Origin: a virus
Lineage: Duplodnaviria > Caudoviricetes
DNA: 64,000 nucleotides
IMG/VR virus record: IMGVR_UViG_3300011008_000010
Location: 64,001-128,000 of that record
Strand: one strand, 5' to 3'
Both the position numbers and the translations under genes were made by a program. The notes beneath the pieces are model-generated. The model saw only the letters and a program-made list of their open reading frames with translations, was not told where the DNA came from and made no database searches. This document shows, piece after piece, positions 40,046 to 49,708 of the stretch. The first letter of the stretch is position 1; every line of letters begins with the position of its first letter.

Positions 40046-40930
40046 ATGGAAAAATTATATGAACGGATTAATTGGGAAGGAAAACCGAGTAAAAACACGC
40101 CAATCAATAGTACAAATCTGAATATTATCGATAAAGCAATTGACGATCTGGATGACAGAATTATAGAAATAAGCCAAAGTTCTGCGGGGGGGGGGCTTAA
40201 TATTGTCCCTTCGTATATAGTCGGAAACGTAGCGTATGCCTCTAATTGGCTTTCTGATGAAGAAGACGGAGCTGTTATCTCTCCTTCAGATGGGTTTTTA
40301 TATGTCATTCAAACAAGAGGAGAATATTTCGGTTGTGTTGTTTATTGGGATGGAGATCAATCTGCTTATCGAACTTTTGGCAGAAAAAATGTTTTAACTA
40401 CAGATACAAATAAGCAATTGATTAAGTTTGGAGGAGAAAAAACATATTGGTTGCCTTCTGGAACACAGTATCAATTGTATAATAGAACCGTTATATCAAT
40501 ACCATTAGAAGAGGGGAGCATTATACGAGCCAACATCCATGCTGCGATGAATCAATGTAATGCAAGAGTTGGTATCGAAGGAACCTCTGATTACAAAACT
40601 TATAGTGCTGGTATTGGACAAGTAGCATTCGACTATGTAATGGATATTGTTGTTACAGAAGAAATGTGTCTTGCTGGAAATCCATTTACCCTATGGTTTA
40701 ATTGCAAAGCAGTTAGTGGCCAAGGATACTCCATTTCCGAAGGAAGTTATGTCATTGTCGATAATGGAACTACCGGATATGAAACAATGTTATATGTTCC
40801 TCCGACAAAATTAAAACCAGGATATTCCGGACTAGTTCCTCCCGCAGAAATAAATGAAATGAATTCTGTTTTAATGTCAGACGGTAAATGGCATACGCTC
40901 CAAGAATTAAAGGAACTTCTTAACGGTTAA
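40046..40930 (+). CDS. tail fibre-like protein containing G10 tract
   Basis: RINW..PS..TPIN..NLN N-terminal anchor; GLVPPA..LMSDGKW motif. Confidence 0.6.
   Translation: MEKLYERINWEGKPSKNTPINSTNLNIIDKAIDDLDDRIIEISQSSAGGGLNIVPSYIVGNVAYASNWLSDEEDGAVISPSDGFLYVIQTRGEYFGCVVYWDGDQSAYRTFGRKNVLTTDTNKQLIKFGGEKTYWLPSGTQYQLYNRTVISIPLEEGSIIRANIHAAMNQCNARVGIEGTSDYKTYSAGIGQVAFDYVMDIVVTEEMCLAGNPFTLWFNCKAVSGQGYSISEGSYVIVDNGTTGYETMLYVPPTKLKPGYSGLVPPAEINEMNSVLMSDGKWHTLQELKELLNG
40186..40195 (+). repeat. G10 homopolymer
   Basis: TCTGC-GGGGGGGGGG-CTT, currently in frame (A-G-G-G). Confidence 0.9.
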
Positions 40931-40963
40931 TTCCAGTTAATGCGGCTCCTATAAGGAGCGTTC

Positions 40964-41167
40964 ATGGAAAAAGTTTACAAGCGTATTAACTAGAAAAAAC
41001 AAACCATCAAAGGAAACGAAGATAAATAGCGAGAACTTAAACTTAATGGATTCTGCTATTGATGAAATTGATGATAGGGTTGTTGAACTGTTTGCCAAGA
41101 ATGATAGCGAGTCAAATATTAAACTTAAAGACGTTATTAAACAACTAATTGACACTCCTCATAGCTA
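40964..41167 (+). pseudogene. pseudogene paralog of the 40046 N-terminus
   Basis: MEKVYKRIN* (Trp to TAG), +1 shift in an A-run, then KPSKETKINSENLNLMDSAIDEIDDRVVEL; runs into a mini-IS. Confidence 0.75.
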
Positions 41168-41193
41168 AAACAAAGGGTTTACGGCGACATTTG
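41149..41193 (-). mobile_element. collapsed IS608-like mini-element (45 bp)
   Basis: Minus strand TTAC|CAAATGTCGCCGTAAACCCTTTGTTTTAGCTATGAGGAGTGTCAA; TTAC target and TCAA end as in IS608. Confidence 0.7.
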
Positions 41194-41309
41194 GTAAAAC
41201 TACAACATTAGTCACTATCTAGCTAATTACGCATTGAAACACATCTTTTGTAAGACGATTAAAATAAATGAGAATTTGTTTGAATAAACCCGGCAATATG
41301 GAGGACGAT

Positions 41310-41396
41310 ATGATAGCGGGGGTTCTTCTGTTTTTGTTTGTGGCTTCAATCGGATGGATCGGAGTTTTGATTGATGATGATGAGAGTCTCATGTGA
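41310..41396 (+). CDS. 28-aa single-TM peptide
   Basis: GGAGG RBS; MIAGVLLFLFVASIGWIGVLIDDDESLM; followed by a hairpin terminator. Confidence 0.5.
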   Translation: MIAGVLLFLFVASIGWIGVLIDDDESLM

Positions 41397-41421
41397 GGTA
41401 AAAAGATACAAATGGATTGTT

Positions 41422-41450
41422 GGCCTCGCTTGTCGAGGCTTTGTTTATTT
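41422..41450 (+). terminator. intrinsic terminator
   Basis: GCCTCG-CTTGT-CGAGGC then TTTGTTTATTT. Confidence 0.6.
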
Positions 41451-41476
41451 CTAAAAAAGAAAAGAGGTAACTTATT

Positions 41477-42199
41477 ATGGCAATTAAATACGCAAGTTTG
41501 CAAACTTTAAAATCCCTTCAGCAGGAGATCGATTCTCGTTATTTAAAAACCGCCGATTTGCCGATTTATGGCCTTGAAAAGCTTACGACTGCTACAGAAG
41601 GATATCTTGCAAGTTATCAGTTTACAAAAGATGGTGTTGCAGTAGGCGATAAGATCAATCTTCCGAAGGATCTCGTAGTTAAAAGTGCCACTCTTGAAAC
41701 CGTTACGGAAGCAGACTCTCCAGAAACTGGATACATAGTGGGCGACCGTTATATTGATATGGTAATAAATACCGTTGAAGGCGACGGTCAAGCTACTCAT
41801 GTTTATGTAAATGTCAAAGATTTGGTTGATGAATATACAGCTGGTGATGGCATCGATGTAACAAACAATGTTATTTCTTTAAAGATCAAGTCCGGCTCTC
41901 CTATTTCTGTTGATGCGGAAACTGGAGAACTTCAGATTTCAACGGTCTCCTCTTCTAGTGCTGGTGTTGTTACACCTGAGATGCTTACAAAATGGAACAA
42001 TGCGGCAGGCGCTCAAATTGCCGTAGCGAGTGAAGCGACTGGAAATGGCAATGTTATTACTGGTATTTCTGTAAATGCAGCAAATGAACTCGTTGCAAAT
42101 AAAGGTATTACTGCTCTTCAGGAATCAGATTTTGAAGAAATTGATGCTGCTACTGTTACTGCCTTATGGTCTGGAAGTGGTGAAAATACAGGAGACTAA
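41477..42199 (+). CDS. structural/decoration protein
   Basis: GDKINLPKDLVVKSA..YVNVKDLVDEYTAGDGIDV motif common in phage fibre proteins. Confidence 0.55.
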   Translation: MAIKYASLQTLKSLQQEIDSRYLKTADLPIYGLEKLTTATEGYLASYQFTKDGVAVGDKINLPKDLVVKSATLETVTEADSPETGYIVGDRYIDMVINTVEGDGQATHVYVNVKDLVDEYTAGDGIDVTNNVISLKIKSGSPISVDAETGELQISTVSSSSAGVVTPEMLTKWNNAAGAQIAVASEATGNGNVITGISVNAANELVANKGITALQESDFEEIDAATVTALWSGSGENTGD

Positions 42200-42247
42200 A
42201 TACCGATCTGAAGGAATCATGGTTCATATTGTTTGAGGTAAACTACA

Positions 42248-42634
42248 ATGCCAATTTATTTAACGACAGGAGGAGGAACAGTTACCTCCATCCCTATTGT
42301 AATTATTACACTTTGTATTTCTTTGGTTTCTTTGATTTTTGCGTTTTATCAATATGCGAAGAAAGGAAGCAAGGAAGAAGCTCGTGACACAAAAGCCCAA
42401 GTATCACAAGATGTCTCTCGCATTACAGAAGTAATGATTAAGCTTGATCATATCCAGATGGATATAACAGACATAAAGCATGAGTTAAAAGGCGTAAAAC
42501 AAGAAATGAATGTATTTCGTGACAGGTTGACAAGAGTGGAGATGAAGGCTGATTCTGCGCACCAAAGACTTGACGATTTTTTAGATAAAGTTGGAGAGCC
42601 ATTAAGGAAAATTAGAAAAGATGATGAAAAATAA
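42248..42634 (+). CDS. membrane protein with coiled coil (XhlA-like lysis accessory)
   Basis: N-terminal TM; KLDHI..RLTRVE..SAHQRLD. Confidence 0.6.
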   Translation: MPIYLTTGGGTVTSIPIVIITLCISLVSLIFAFYQYAKKGSKEEARDTKAQVSQDVSRITEVMIKLDHIQMDITDIKHELKGVKQEMNVFRDRLTRVEMKADSAHQRLDDFLDKVGEPLRKIRKDDEK

Positions 42635-42659
42635 GTGTTTCCCCTAGTGAGGTTTTATC

Positions 42660-42986
42660 ATGCGCATCATCGATAAAAAGCTTTGCAAGAAGAAAAGAAT
42701 GGAAACATCTAAAAAGATGACGCTTATAAACTATATTATCTTTGTAGGTGTTACCATTGCAACATTTGTTGCTCTTTTTAAAGGGATTGAGATTTCTTCT
42801 ATTGTTACATTTGATCTTGGTATTCTTGGATTGATAACAACATGGAACGCATTTTATTCTGTAAAAGCAAGACAAGAAAATATTGCCAAAATAACAAAGG
42901 CGTATGAGCTTGATGAGGAGGTCCTAAAGGACCTCCTTTTTAAAGCAATGAAGGAGAATCTTGGTTCTGATAGCAATAATTTTTGA
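42660..42986 (+). CDS. two-TM holin-like protein
   Basis: METSKK, two TM segments, FYSVKARQEN motif. Confidence 0.55.
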   Translation: MRIIDKKLCKKKRMETSKKMTLINYIIFVGVTIATFVALFKGIEISSIVTFDLGILGLITTWNAFYSVKARQENIAKITKAYELDEEVLKDLLFKAMKENLGSDSNNF

Positions 42987-43009
42987 GGATATGACCAAAG
43001 GAGATAAAA

Positions 43010-43339
43010 ATGAATACGATGACTTTTGAGATTATTAAAGCAATTTTAATGGCGGTTATTGCGGGTGTAACGCTTTATCTTATTCCTCTTATTAAAGAGC
43101 GAATTGGAACGGAACGTTTGAATCAAATGGAAACATGGGCTATGAATGCCGTTCTTTGGGCAGAACAGTTTATAAAAGCTGATGGGAATGATAAGAAAAA
43201 GGCTGTGGTTGACTTTCTCAAAAAGATTAGAAACGAGAAGAATATCAATATTACAGACGAACAAATCGAAATTCTTATTGAGGCTGCCGTAAAATCAATG
43301 AATGATTCTATGGTTCAAACAGACGAGAGAGAGGAATAA
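43010..43339 (+). CDS. phage holin (LL-H-like)
   Basis: N-terminal TM; [25 protein letters not shown]; directly before the endolysin. Confidence 0.75.
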   Translation: MNTMTFEIIKAILMAVIAGVTLYLIPLIKERIGTERLNQMETWAMNAVLWAEQFIKADGNDKKKAVVDFLKKIRNEKNINITDEQIEILIEAAVKSMNDSMVQTDEREE

Positions 43340-43341
43340 TT

Positions 43342-44850
43342 ATGGCTACCACAGAACAGATCAGGAGTTTTATTGATACTGTTGGACCATTAGCAGCACA
43401 AGTTTGTGAAGAACGAGGATACGGAAACGCGCAAGCCTGGACATGTGTTGCCCAGGCTTGCTGCGAATCTGGGTTTGGAACATCTGGCATTATGATGGGT
43501 GCAAACGCCATTCTCGGAATTAAAGCAGATAAAGGGTGGGTGCAGGCGGCAAAATATGGTGGTCTGGTATATAGTGCTCGAACAAAGGAATGCTATGATG
43601 GTAAAACCTACGTTGATATTACAGATGCATTCAGAGCATATGGAAGTTTAATAGATTCGGTTAGAGATTATTTTGATTTGATTGAAAAAGATCGTTATAA
43701 AGCGAGTCTTAATGCGACCACGGTTTTAGAATGCATTACAATCATTAAAAATGGCGGGTATGCTACAAGCCCTACGTATATCAACACTGTACACAACAAT
43801 TTTTATTTACCCAACAAAGAACAGATAGAAAGTTATAAAGTCAACGTGAAACAAAATGTTTCAGAACCTTCATCTAACTCCGAGCAAACATCGTCAGAAA
43901 GTAAAATTGCGTCATTTCAGTTCCACGATCCAATTGAAAACAATATCCAATTTGCGGAGACGGCTGTTTTTATCGCGAAAAACACAAAAACGTTTTATGT
44001 GAATGGAGCATGGGGATGGCCAATGACTTTAGCAAATAAAAATCGTGCATTGAACGGAACGTCATATAACAAAATCAATGCCAATGCCATTGTATCCTTG
44101 CCAAATGGAGTGTACGGCTGGGATTGTATCTGTTTATTAAAAGGAATATTGTGGGGTTGGTGTAATCAGTGGGACCGTCAATATGGTGGAGCAGGATATG
44201 CTTGTAATGGAGTTCAAGATCTTTCCGAAAATGTAATGATTCAAAGATGTTCTGGCGTTACATCAGATTTTAGCCTCATTCATATCGGAGAAATGTTATG
44301 GATGGACGGTCATGCAGGAATTTATATCGGGAATGGCCTTGCTGTAGAATGTACACCGAGTTGGGACAACGGGGTTCAAATTACTGCCGTTTTAAATATT
44401 GATCAAAAACAGGGATACAATGGACGGAAATGGACCAAACACGGAATGCTTCCATATTTCCGATATGTTGATGGAGATATTGCTATCCCTGAAACTGATA
44501 AGGCCCCATCTTCTGATTCATCGTCCAATGCAAACACGTCTATTATAACAAATAACGATTTGTCGCAATATACAGACGAGCAGTTGGCACAGATGGTCTT
44601 AGACAATAAATTTGGCAACAATCCTAAAAGACAGCAATTGCTCGGTTCAAGATACCGCGCCGTGCAAGATATTGTAAATCGTATTGTCGCAGGAGCGTCC
44701 GCAAGCGAAGTGTACGTTGTAAAATCCGGTGATACATTGTCTGCTATTGCGTCTAAATACGGCACAACTTATCAAAAAATTGCAGCAGACAATGGAATTG
44801 CCAATGTGAATCTAATTATTGTGGGGCAAAAATTAATTATAAAAAAATGA
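43342..44850 (+). CDS. endolysin: GH73 glucosaminidase + NlpC/P60-like peptidase + Cpl-7-like + LysM
   Basis: [22 protein letters not shown]; [17 protein letters not shown]; LAQMVL..FGN..R..LLGSRY; [13 protein letters not shown]. Confidence 0.85.
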   Translation: MATTEQIRSFIDTVGPLAAQVCEERGYGNAQAWTCVAQACCESGFGTSGIMMGANAILGIKADKGWVQAAKYGGLVYSARTKECYDGKTYVDITDAFRAYGSLIDSVRDYFDLIEKDRYKASLNATTVLECITIIKNGGYATSPTYINTVHNNFYLPNKEQIESYKVNVKQNVSEPSSNSEQTSSESKIASFQFHDPIENNIQFAETAVFIAKNTKTFYVNGAWGWPMTLANKNRALNGTSYNKINANAIVSLPNGVYGWDCICLLKGILWGWCNQWDRQYGGAGYACNGVQDLSENVMIQRCSGVTSDFSLIHIGEMLWMDGHAGIYIGNGLAVECTPSWDNGVQITAVLNIDQKQGYNGRKWTKHGMLPYFRYVDGDIAIPETDKAPSSDSSSNANTSIITNNDLSQYTDEQLAQMVLDNKFGNNPKRQQLLGSRYRAVQDIVNRIVAGASASEVYVVKSGDTLSAIASKYGTTYQKIAADNGIANVNLIIVGQKLIIKK

Positions 44851-44858
44851 AAATGTTG

Positions 44859-44895
44859 TCAAGGGCGGTTACTGATTGTAGCCGCTCTTCATTTT
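44859..44895 (+). terminator. terminator-like hairpin after endolysin
   Basis: AAGGGCGGTTAC-TGATT-GTAGCCGCTCTT then CATTTT. Confidence 0.55.
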
Positions 44896-44932
44896 GTGTG
44901 GTGTTAAACCATGCCTTATTTGGAGGTGCAAA

Positions 44933-47314
44933 ATGAGTTATATTACTCCTGCTCAATTTAGAGAAGGATTGCAAGGTGCAAAGGATTACGTTGACAGCAA
45001 AGTCGTTGGTGGCTCTGTGGATTTGTCCGTGCTCGATATGAAAGCAGATCTCGAAATTGTAGATGAGAGTTATGAAATTACGGTAAATGCTATATCTTCA
45101 ACACAAGGCATAGAATTTCGAGAAGGAAAAGAAATAGAAGTAATTGCATCAGATGATGCTGTTGCAACAGGAACATGGGAGAATGATGCAGTCGGCTTTT
45201 CTTTTGGCGGCACGGAACCTGATGTTATAATTGAGTTTGAAAACGGAGAATATTCTGTAACAACAGATAATTATGCGAATGGACCGTATAAATTAACCGG
45301 AAACATAGGAGTTAAAAAACTTGTCAGAGAACAATTACCGGATTTGTCAGAAGGACTCCCTATGTCTGTCGAATGGGCGGATGTAAAAAATAAACCAACT
45401 CTTTCTACTGTTGCAATATCTGGCAACTATTCTGATCTGACCGATGCTCCAACGATTATGAATGGCGCAACTTCTTACAATGATGGTAAGGAAGGGCTTG
45501 TTACAAAACCGACTACTTCAGATGTTAATAAGGCTTTGTTTGGAGATGGAAAATGGCATACTATTTATAACGAAGGACATGGAGCTACAATACTTGTAAC
45601 AACAACGGAAAGTGTGTTACACGGGAAAACTGTTACTTTAACAGATGGATTGTCCACACTTACGGCAGAAATGGGTAATAATGGAGAAGCGGTATTTCAA
45701 AATGTTTCTTTATTCGGGACTGTAATCGCCTCTGCGGAAGATGACGATAATAATGTTGCAAAAGCGTCTGTAAATATTACCTATTTCGGAACCTATGTTG
45801 TAAATCTATCCTTGAATTACTCGACGATTGTTTTGTCTTCGACGAGCCCGGATGTGGCAGGATTGGTAGGAACAATTTTAAAAGGCACAACAGAGATCGG
45901 GACAGTAACAATGCGCCTCGAAGACGCTTCTTTGGCTTTATCAAAGGCTGAATTTTATGTTGAAGAAGTTGGGACATATAGCATAAAATTTGATACACAG
46001 ACAAATGGTTTGTTCCGTGGATCAGTAACTGTATCCGAAATGAAAGAAAAATGCAATGTAAACGTACTGTTGTATCATGTTTATGCCTATTGTATTGACG
46101 ATAATAACTCCGACCCCATGACAAATATAGAGTATTGGGATTCTCCTTGGGGATGTGAAAATCTTGAATATAATTGTGCCCACATGGATTTTGACAATGA
46201 TATTTTTGACATGGGTTCATGGACGGGAAACGAGTTCTTTTTCCCGAAAAAGTGCATGCTGAAATCAAATGGCATAGTAGATTATTATTTTGATTCTAAT
46301 AACGATATTCTTAAGGCCGATGGTAATGTATCGTCCGATTACAACAATTCAAGTTATAACGGGAACGTTATGGTTGAATTTCCAACTGCTTATTTTAATA
46401 GGTGGCAAGTTGGAGATAAGTCGTATTGTGTGATTTCAGACAAAAAATTAAGCGATGATTTTCATGCTTACGCCCATCACGATATCAACGGGAATGTGCT
46501 GCCATATATCTATATAAGTGCTTATAATGGTTCTTACATAAACGGACAATTACGTTCAATTTCTAATATACCGGCAAATACAAATACTTCTACTACGAGT
46601 GGACGTATTTGTAATTATACAACAAGACAACAGGAAATCAACTATGCACAGACCAATAATAGTGGTGGGCAAGGAGAACAATGGTTTACGTGGCATAAAG
46701 CAGATTGGGATATGCTGTTAGATTATATGTTTTTAATTGGTAAAAGCACGGATCTGCAAGGAACATTTGGACGTGGATGTTCTACGGGTTATGTATCTAC
46801 GTCTAACACTGGTATGGTAACGACAGGATCTATGGATGGAAAAGGAATGTTTTGGGGTGAAAACGCAGGATCGGCAGGAGTTAAAGTCTTTTTTGTCGAA
46901 AATCCTTACGCAAATAGATGGAATGCTCTTGCTGGATGGGTAAATGATAAGGGTACGCAAAAGGTTAAAATGACCTATGGGCAAGAAGACGGTTCTACTG
47001 TAAACGGTTTTAATTTGACCGGGAGTGGATATGTTTCGATATCAGGAGCCACCCCAAGCGGGACATCTGGCGGATATATAAATAAATGGCAAAAGACAGA
47101 CAAGGGATTTATCCCATATCAATCTTCAGGAAGCCGGACTACATATGTTCCAGATGGACTTTGGTTTGATAATTCGCAAAATAATTATGTGTTTGTTGGT
47201 GCGGGTTCGCACAACGGGTTGTTATGCGGCGCGGCGGTTGCTCTGAACGGCGCCCCGGCGGTTACGGACTGGTACTTTGGCGCTTCGCTCTCTTATAAAG
47301 GAATGGTATCTTGA
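44933..47314 (+). CDS. DGR target: tail fibre/receptor-binding protein with C-terminal CLec-like domain
   Basis: GGAGG RBS; NVMVEFP, YISAY, ENPYANRW motifs; variable repeat at the 3' end. Confidence 0.85.
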   Translation: MSYITPAQFREGLQGAKDYVDSKVVGGSVDLSVLDMKADLEIVDESYEITVNAISSTQGIEFREGKEIEVIASDDAVATGTWENDAVGFSFGGTEPDVIIEFENGEYSVTTDNYANGPYKLTGNIGVKKLVREQLPDLSEGLPMSVEWADVKNKPTLSTVAISGNYSDLTDAPTIMNGATSYNDGKEGLVTKPTTSDVNKALFGDGKWHTIYNEGHGATILVTTTESVLHGKTVTLTDGLSTLTAEMGNNGEAVFQNVSLFGTVIASAEDDDNNVAKASVNITYFGTYVVNLSLNYSTIVLSSTSPDVAGLVGTILKGTTEIGTVTMRLEDASLALSKAEFYVEEVGTYSIKFDTQTNGLFRGSVTVSEMKEKCNVNVLLYHVYAYCIDDNNSDPMTNIEYWDSPWGCENLEYNCAHMDFDNDIFDMGSWTGNEFFFPKKCMLKSNGIVDYYFDSNNDILKADGNVSSDYNNSSYNGNVMVEFPTAYFNRWQVGDKSYCVISDKKLSDDFHAYAHHDINGNVLPYIYISAYNGSYINGQLRSISNIPANTNTSTTSGRICNYTTRQQEINYAQTNNSGGQGEQWFTWHKADWDMLLDYMFLIGKSTDLQGTFGRGCSTGYVSTSNTGMVTTGSMDGKGMFWGENAGSAGVKVFFVENPYANRWNALAGWVNDKGTQKVKMTYGQEDGSTVNGFNLTGSGYVSISGATPSGTSGGYINKWQKTDKGFIPYQSSGSRTTYVPDGLWFDNSQNNYVFVGAGSHNGLLCGAAVALNGAPAVTDWYFGASLSYKGMVS
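47188..47296 (+). repeat. DGR variable repeat (VR)
   Basis: 109-nt ungapped match to TR with 22 mismatches, all opposite TR adenines. Confidence 0.97.
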
Positions 47315-47352
47315 TCGTTTAATATTTGTAAAACAGGGCTTTGTTGAGCGAC

Positions 47353-47461
47353 TGTGATTGTTGGTGCGAATTCGAACAACAGGTTGTTATACGGCACGAC
47401 GGTTAATCTGAACAACGCCCCGACGAATACGAACTGGAACAATGACGCTTCGCTAACTTAT
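47353..47461 (+). repeat. DGR template repeat (TR)
   Basis: AAY-codon-rich non-coding copy of VR between target and RT. Confidence 0.97.
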
Positions 47462-47581
47462 TCCATAATGGGACGATAACTAAATGTTCAGCATAGTCCT
47501 TACCTCTCGGTAAAAATTACCCTAATAAACGTCTGTGAGTAGCATGGTATGTAGTTGAAAATGGACATGGGAATAAGAGAA

Positions 47582-48727
47582 ATGAAATCTTATAATCATT
47601 TGTTTGAAAAATTTATAAGCGACGAAAACATTGAATTGGCTATAAAAAAGGCATCTATTGGCAAAAGAAGTCGCATACAAGTTCAAAAATATTTAAACGA
47701 TCCTGAATTTGCACTTGAAATATGGATGTATGCGATAACGTTCAAAAACGCAAAGCATCGTCCAATTGAAATATATGATGGGATACAAAGAAAGAAAAGA
47801 ACTATTATAGTTCCAACGTTTAAAGAACAAATAATACATCATATGCTTGTAAATGTTTTACAACCAATATTCATGCGTGGGATGTACGAACATTCATATG
47901 GTTCAATTCCCCAAAGAGGAGGACACAAAGGAAAGAAAACGATAGAAAAATGGATCAATAGAGATATTGGAAACTGCAAATATGTTGTTAAAATGGACAT
48001 AAAAAAATATTTTGATTCGATCCCTCATGACATTTACTTAAACAAGTTCAAACAAATTATCCATGATAGAGAATTTATGCGCGTTGTAAACGAGATAACA
48101 AGTGTAATATCTTCTGACAAAGGAATTCCTCTTGGCTTTTATACTTCTCAGTGGACGGCAAATTGGTATTTACAGGATTTGGATCATTATATAAAAGAAA
48201 ATTTAAAGGCAAAATATTATATTCGATACATGGACGATATGGTGATTTTTGGAAAAGATAAAACAGATCTCCATAAAATGCGAAAGGCCATAGAAAAATA
48301 TTTAAACGAAAAGCTTAAGTTAAAAATGAAGGAGAATTGGCAGGTTTTTAGATTTGATTATATTGATGAGGCCGGAAATCATAAGGGTAGGTTTTTGGAT
48401 TTTATGGGTTTTAGATTCTATTGTGATAAAACAATCCTAAGAAAATCTATTATGATAAAGGCAACCAGAAAAGCGATCAGGGCTGCAAAACATGACAAAC
48501 CAACTTTACATGAAATAAAAGGTGTCTTATCGTATATGGGCTGGATTGATTGTACGAATACCTATGGTATGTATGAAAATCGCATTAAACCATATGTCAA
48601 TATAAGATCGTGTAAAAAGAGAATTTCTAAGCACGACAAAAGAGAGACGGCAAAGAGAAAGAATAGAAAATATGAAGAAAAAAGACAAAAAGAAAGGAGG
48701 GAAAGAAGTGGTATTAAACTGGATTAA
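47582..48727 (+). CDS. DGR reverse transcriptase
   Basis: KMDIKKYFDSI, GIPLGFYTSQ (DGR-type GxxxSQ), YIRYMDD, LDFMGF. Confidence 0.95.
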   Translation: MKSYNHLFEKFISDENIELAIKKASIGKRSRIQVQKYLNDPEFALEIWMYAITFKNAKHRPIEIYDGIQRKKRTIIVPTFKEQIIHHMLVNVLQPIFMRGMYEHSYGSIPQRGGHKGKKTIEKWINRDIGNCKYVVKMDIKKYFDSIPHDIYLNKFKQIIHDREFMRVVNEITSVISSDKGIPLGFYTSQWTANWYLQDLDHYIKENLKAKYYIRYMDDMVIFGKDKTDLHKMRKAIEKYLNEKLKLKMKENWQVFRFDYIDEAGNHKGRFLDFMGFRFYCDKTILRKSIMIKATRKAIRAAKHDKPTLHEIKGVLSYMGWIDCTNTYGMYENRIKPYVNIRSCKKRISKHDKRETAKRKNRKYEEKRQKERRERSGIKLD

Positions 48728-48971
48728 ATCAAGAAGTAGTGTTTTTCCAAAAGAAACTGATTACGAATCTTCTCCTACTACAGTTTATGTTCGTCGGAAT
48801 ATCAAAGAAATGCAAGAAAAAAACGATGATGGCAGCACTGTTATATTTTATGAATACGAAGAAGCAAAGCTGACTCATGAAGAATATTCAATTTATGCGG
48901 CAGAAAAAACAATGGAGGATAATGCTTCTATCAAACAGGTTCTTGCGGATATGCTTGAAAGGTTGAAGTGA
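48708..48971 (+). CDS. fibre-associated small protein (chaperone-like)
   Basis: GGAGG RBS and GTG start; SPTTVYVRRNI..YEYEEA motif that commonly follows fibre genes. Confidence 0.55.
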   Translation: MVLNWIKSRSSVFPKETDYESSPTTVYVRRNIKEMQEKNDDGSTVIFYEYEEAKLTHEEYSIYAAEKTMEDNASIKQVLADMLERLK

Positions 48972-49009
48972 GTTTCTAAAAATTTAATAATCACATCATA
49001 TAATATATC

Positions 49010-49038
49010 TTGAAAAATATCGTAACATATGATAGTAT
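49010..49038 (+). promoter_or_regulatory. sigma70-type promoter with extended -10
   Basis: TTGAAA-N17-TAGTAT with TGn. Confidence 0.45.
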
Positions 49039-49240
49039 ATGTTGTGAGGAGATATATAAATTACCCCGTATCATAATTCGATTATACGGTTGCTGTTAAA
49101 AGCAGATAATATAAGGCGTTCTTCCATGTTGCTTTCCCTTGTGACATACTTTAGCCTTAAATTTGCAAATGCATTAAATAGAACAAAGATCCAGCCGTAT
49201 AACCACCTCTTTGAAGTAATCTGAGCAAAAGGAGAATCAA

Positions 49241-49585
49241 ATGGAGAAAACCGATAAAACAACCGTAGTTAAACCAGACGATGATTTAGACGAAAAAGAA
49301 GGAGTTACAAAAGTCACCTTACTGTTGCGCGACGTATATAACTCTTCTCTTGACAAAGCAGAAGCAAACGCAAAAAGATGGTTTAAGTTTTCTGTCGCAT
49401 TGCTACTTGCGTTAGTTTTCACAAATATTGCCTGGTTGGTTTATGAGCTTCAATATGACAACATTGTTATTACACAAGATGCCAACACAGATAGCGGTGG
49501 CAATGCATCTGTAACTGGAGCAGTTGGAGATGTGATATATGGCACGAGCACGTCAGATAATTCGAACGAAAACAAGAAAGACTAA
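49241..49585 (+). CDS. single-TM phage protein
   Basis: KRWF-TM-TNIAWLVYELQYD. Confidence 0.6.
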   Translation: MEKTDKTTVVKPDDDLDEKEGVTKVTLLLRDVYNSSLDKAEANAKRWFKFSVALLLALVFTNIAWLVYELQYDNIVITQDANTDSGGNASVTGAVGDVIYGTSTSDNSNENKKD

Positions 49586-49661
49586 CTCATCTAGACCTAA
49601 AAAATCCAGACCGGTAAAAGTAAGGGTTAATAAGGCGAGATCAAAAGCCAAAAGAAGATGA
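49539..49661 (+). CDS. 40-aa highly basic peptide
   Basis: GGAG RBS; MARARQIIRTKTRKTNSSRPKKSRPVKVRVNKARSKAKRR, 18 K/R, no acidic residues. Confidence 0.55.
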   Translation: MARARQIIRTKTRKTNSSRPKKSRPVKVRVNKARSKAKRR

Positions 49662-49663
49662 CT

Positions 49664-49698
49664 GAGAGATCCTTTCATAAGGGTCTCTCTTTTATTTT
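49664..49698 (+). terminator. intrinsic terminator
   Basis: GAGAGATCCTT-TCAT-AAGGGTCTCTC then TTTTATTTT. Confidence 0.7.
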
Positions 49699-49708
49699 AG
49701 GAGATGTT

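Noticed and set aside
42917-42936. GGAGGTCCT-AA-AGGACCTCC palindrome as a sixth mini-IS
   Set aside because: Lies in frame within a CDS and lacks IS-like leader or TCAA end; may be an RNA hairpin or chance
47582-48727. RT as group II intron, retron or Abi RT
   Set aside because: GxxxSQ motif, no maturase/endonuclease domain, and an adjacent adenine-specific TR/VR pair indicate a DGR
48708-48971. Avd accessory gene
   Set aside because: Sequence looks like beta-strands plus a coil and is acidic, resembling fibre-associated proteins; not excluded without structure prediction
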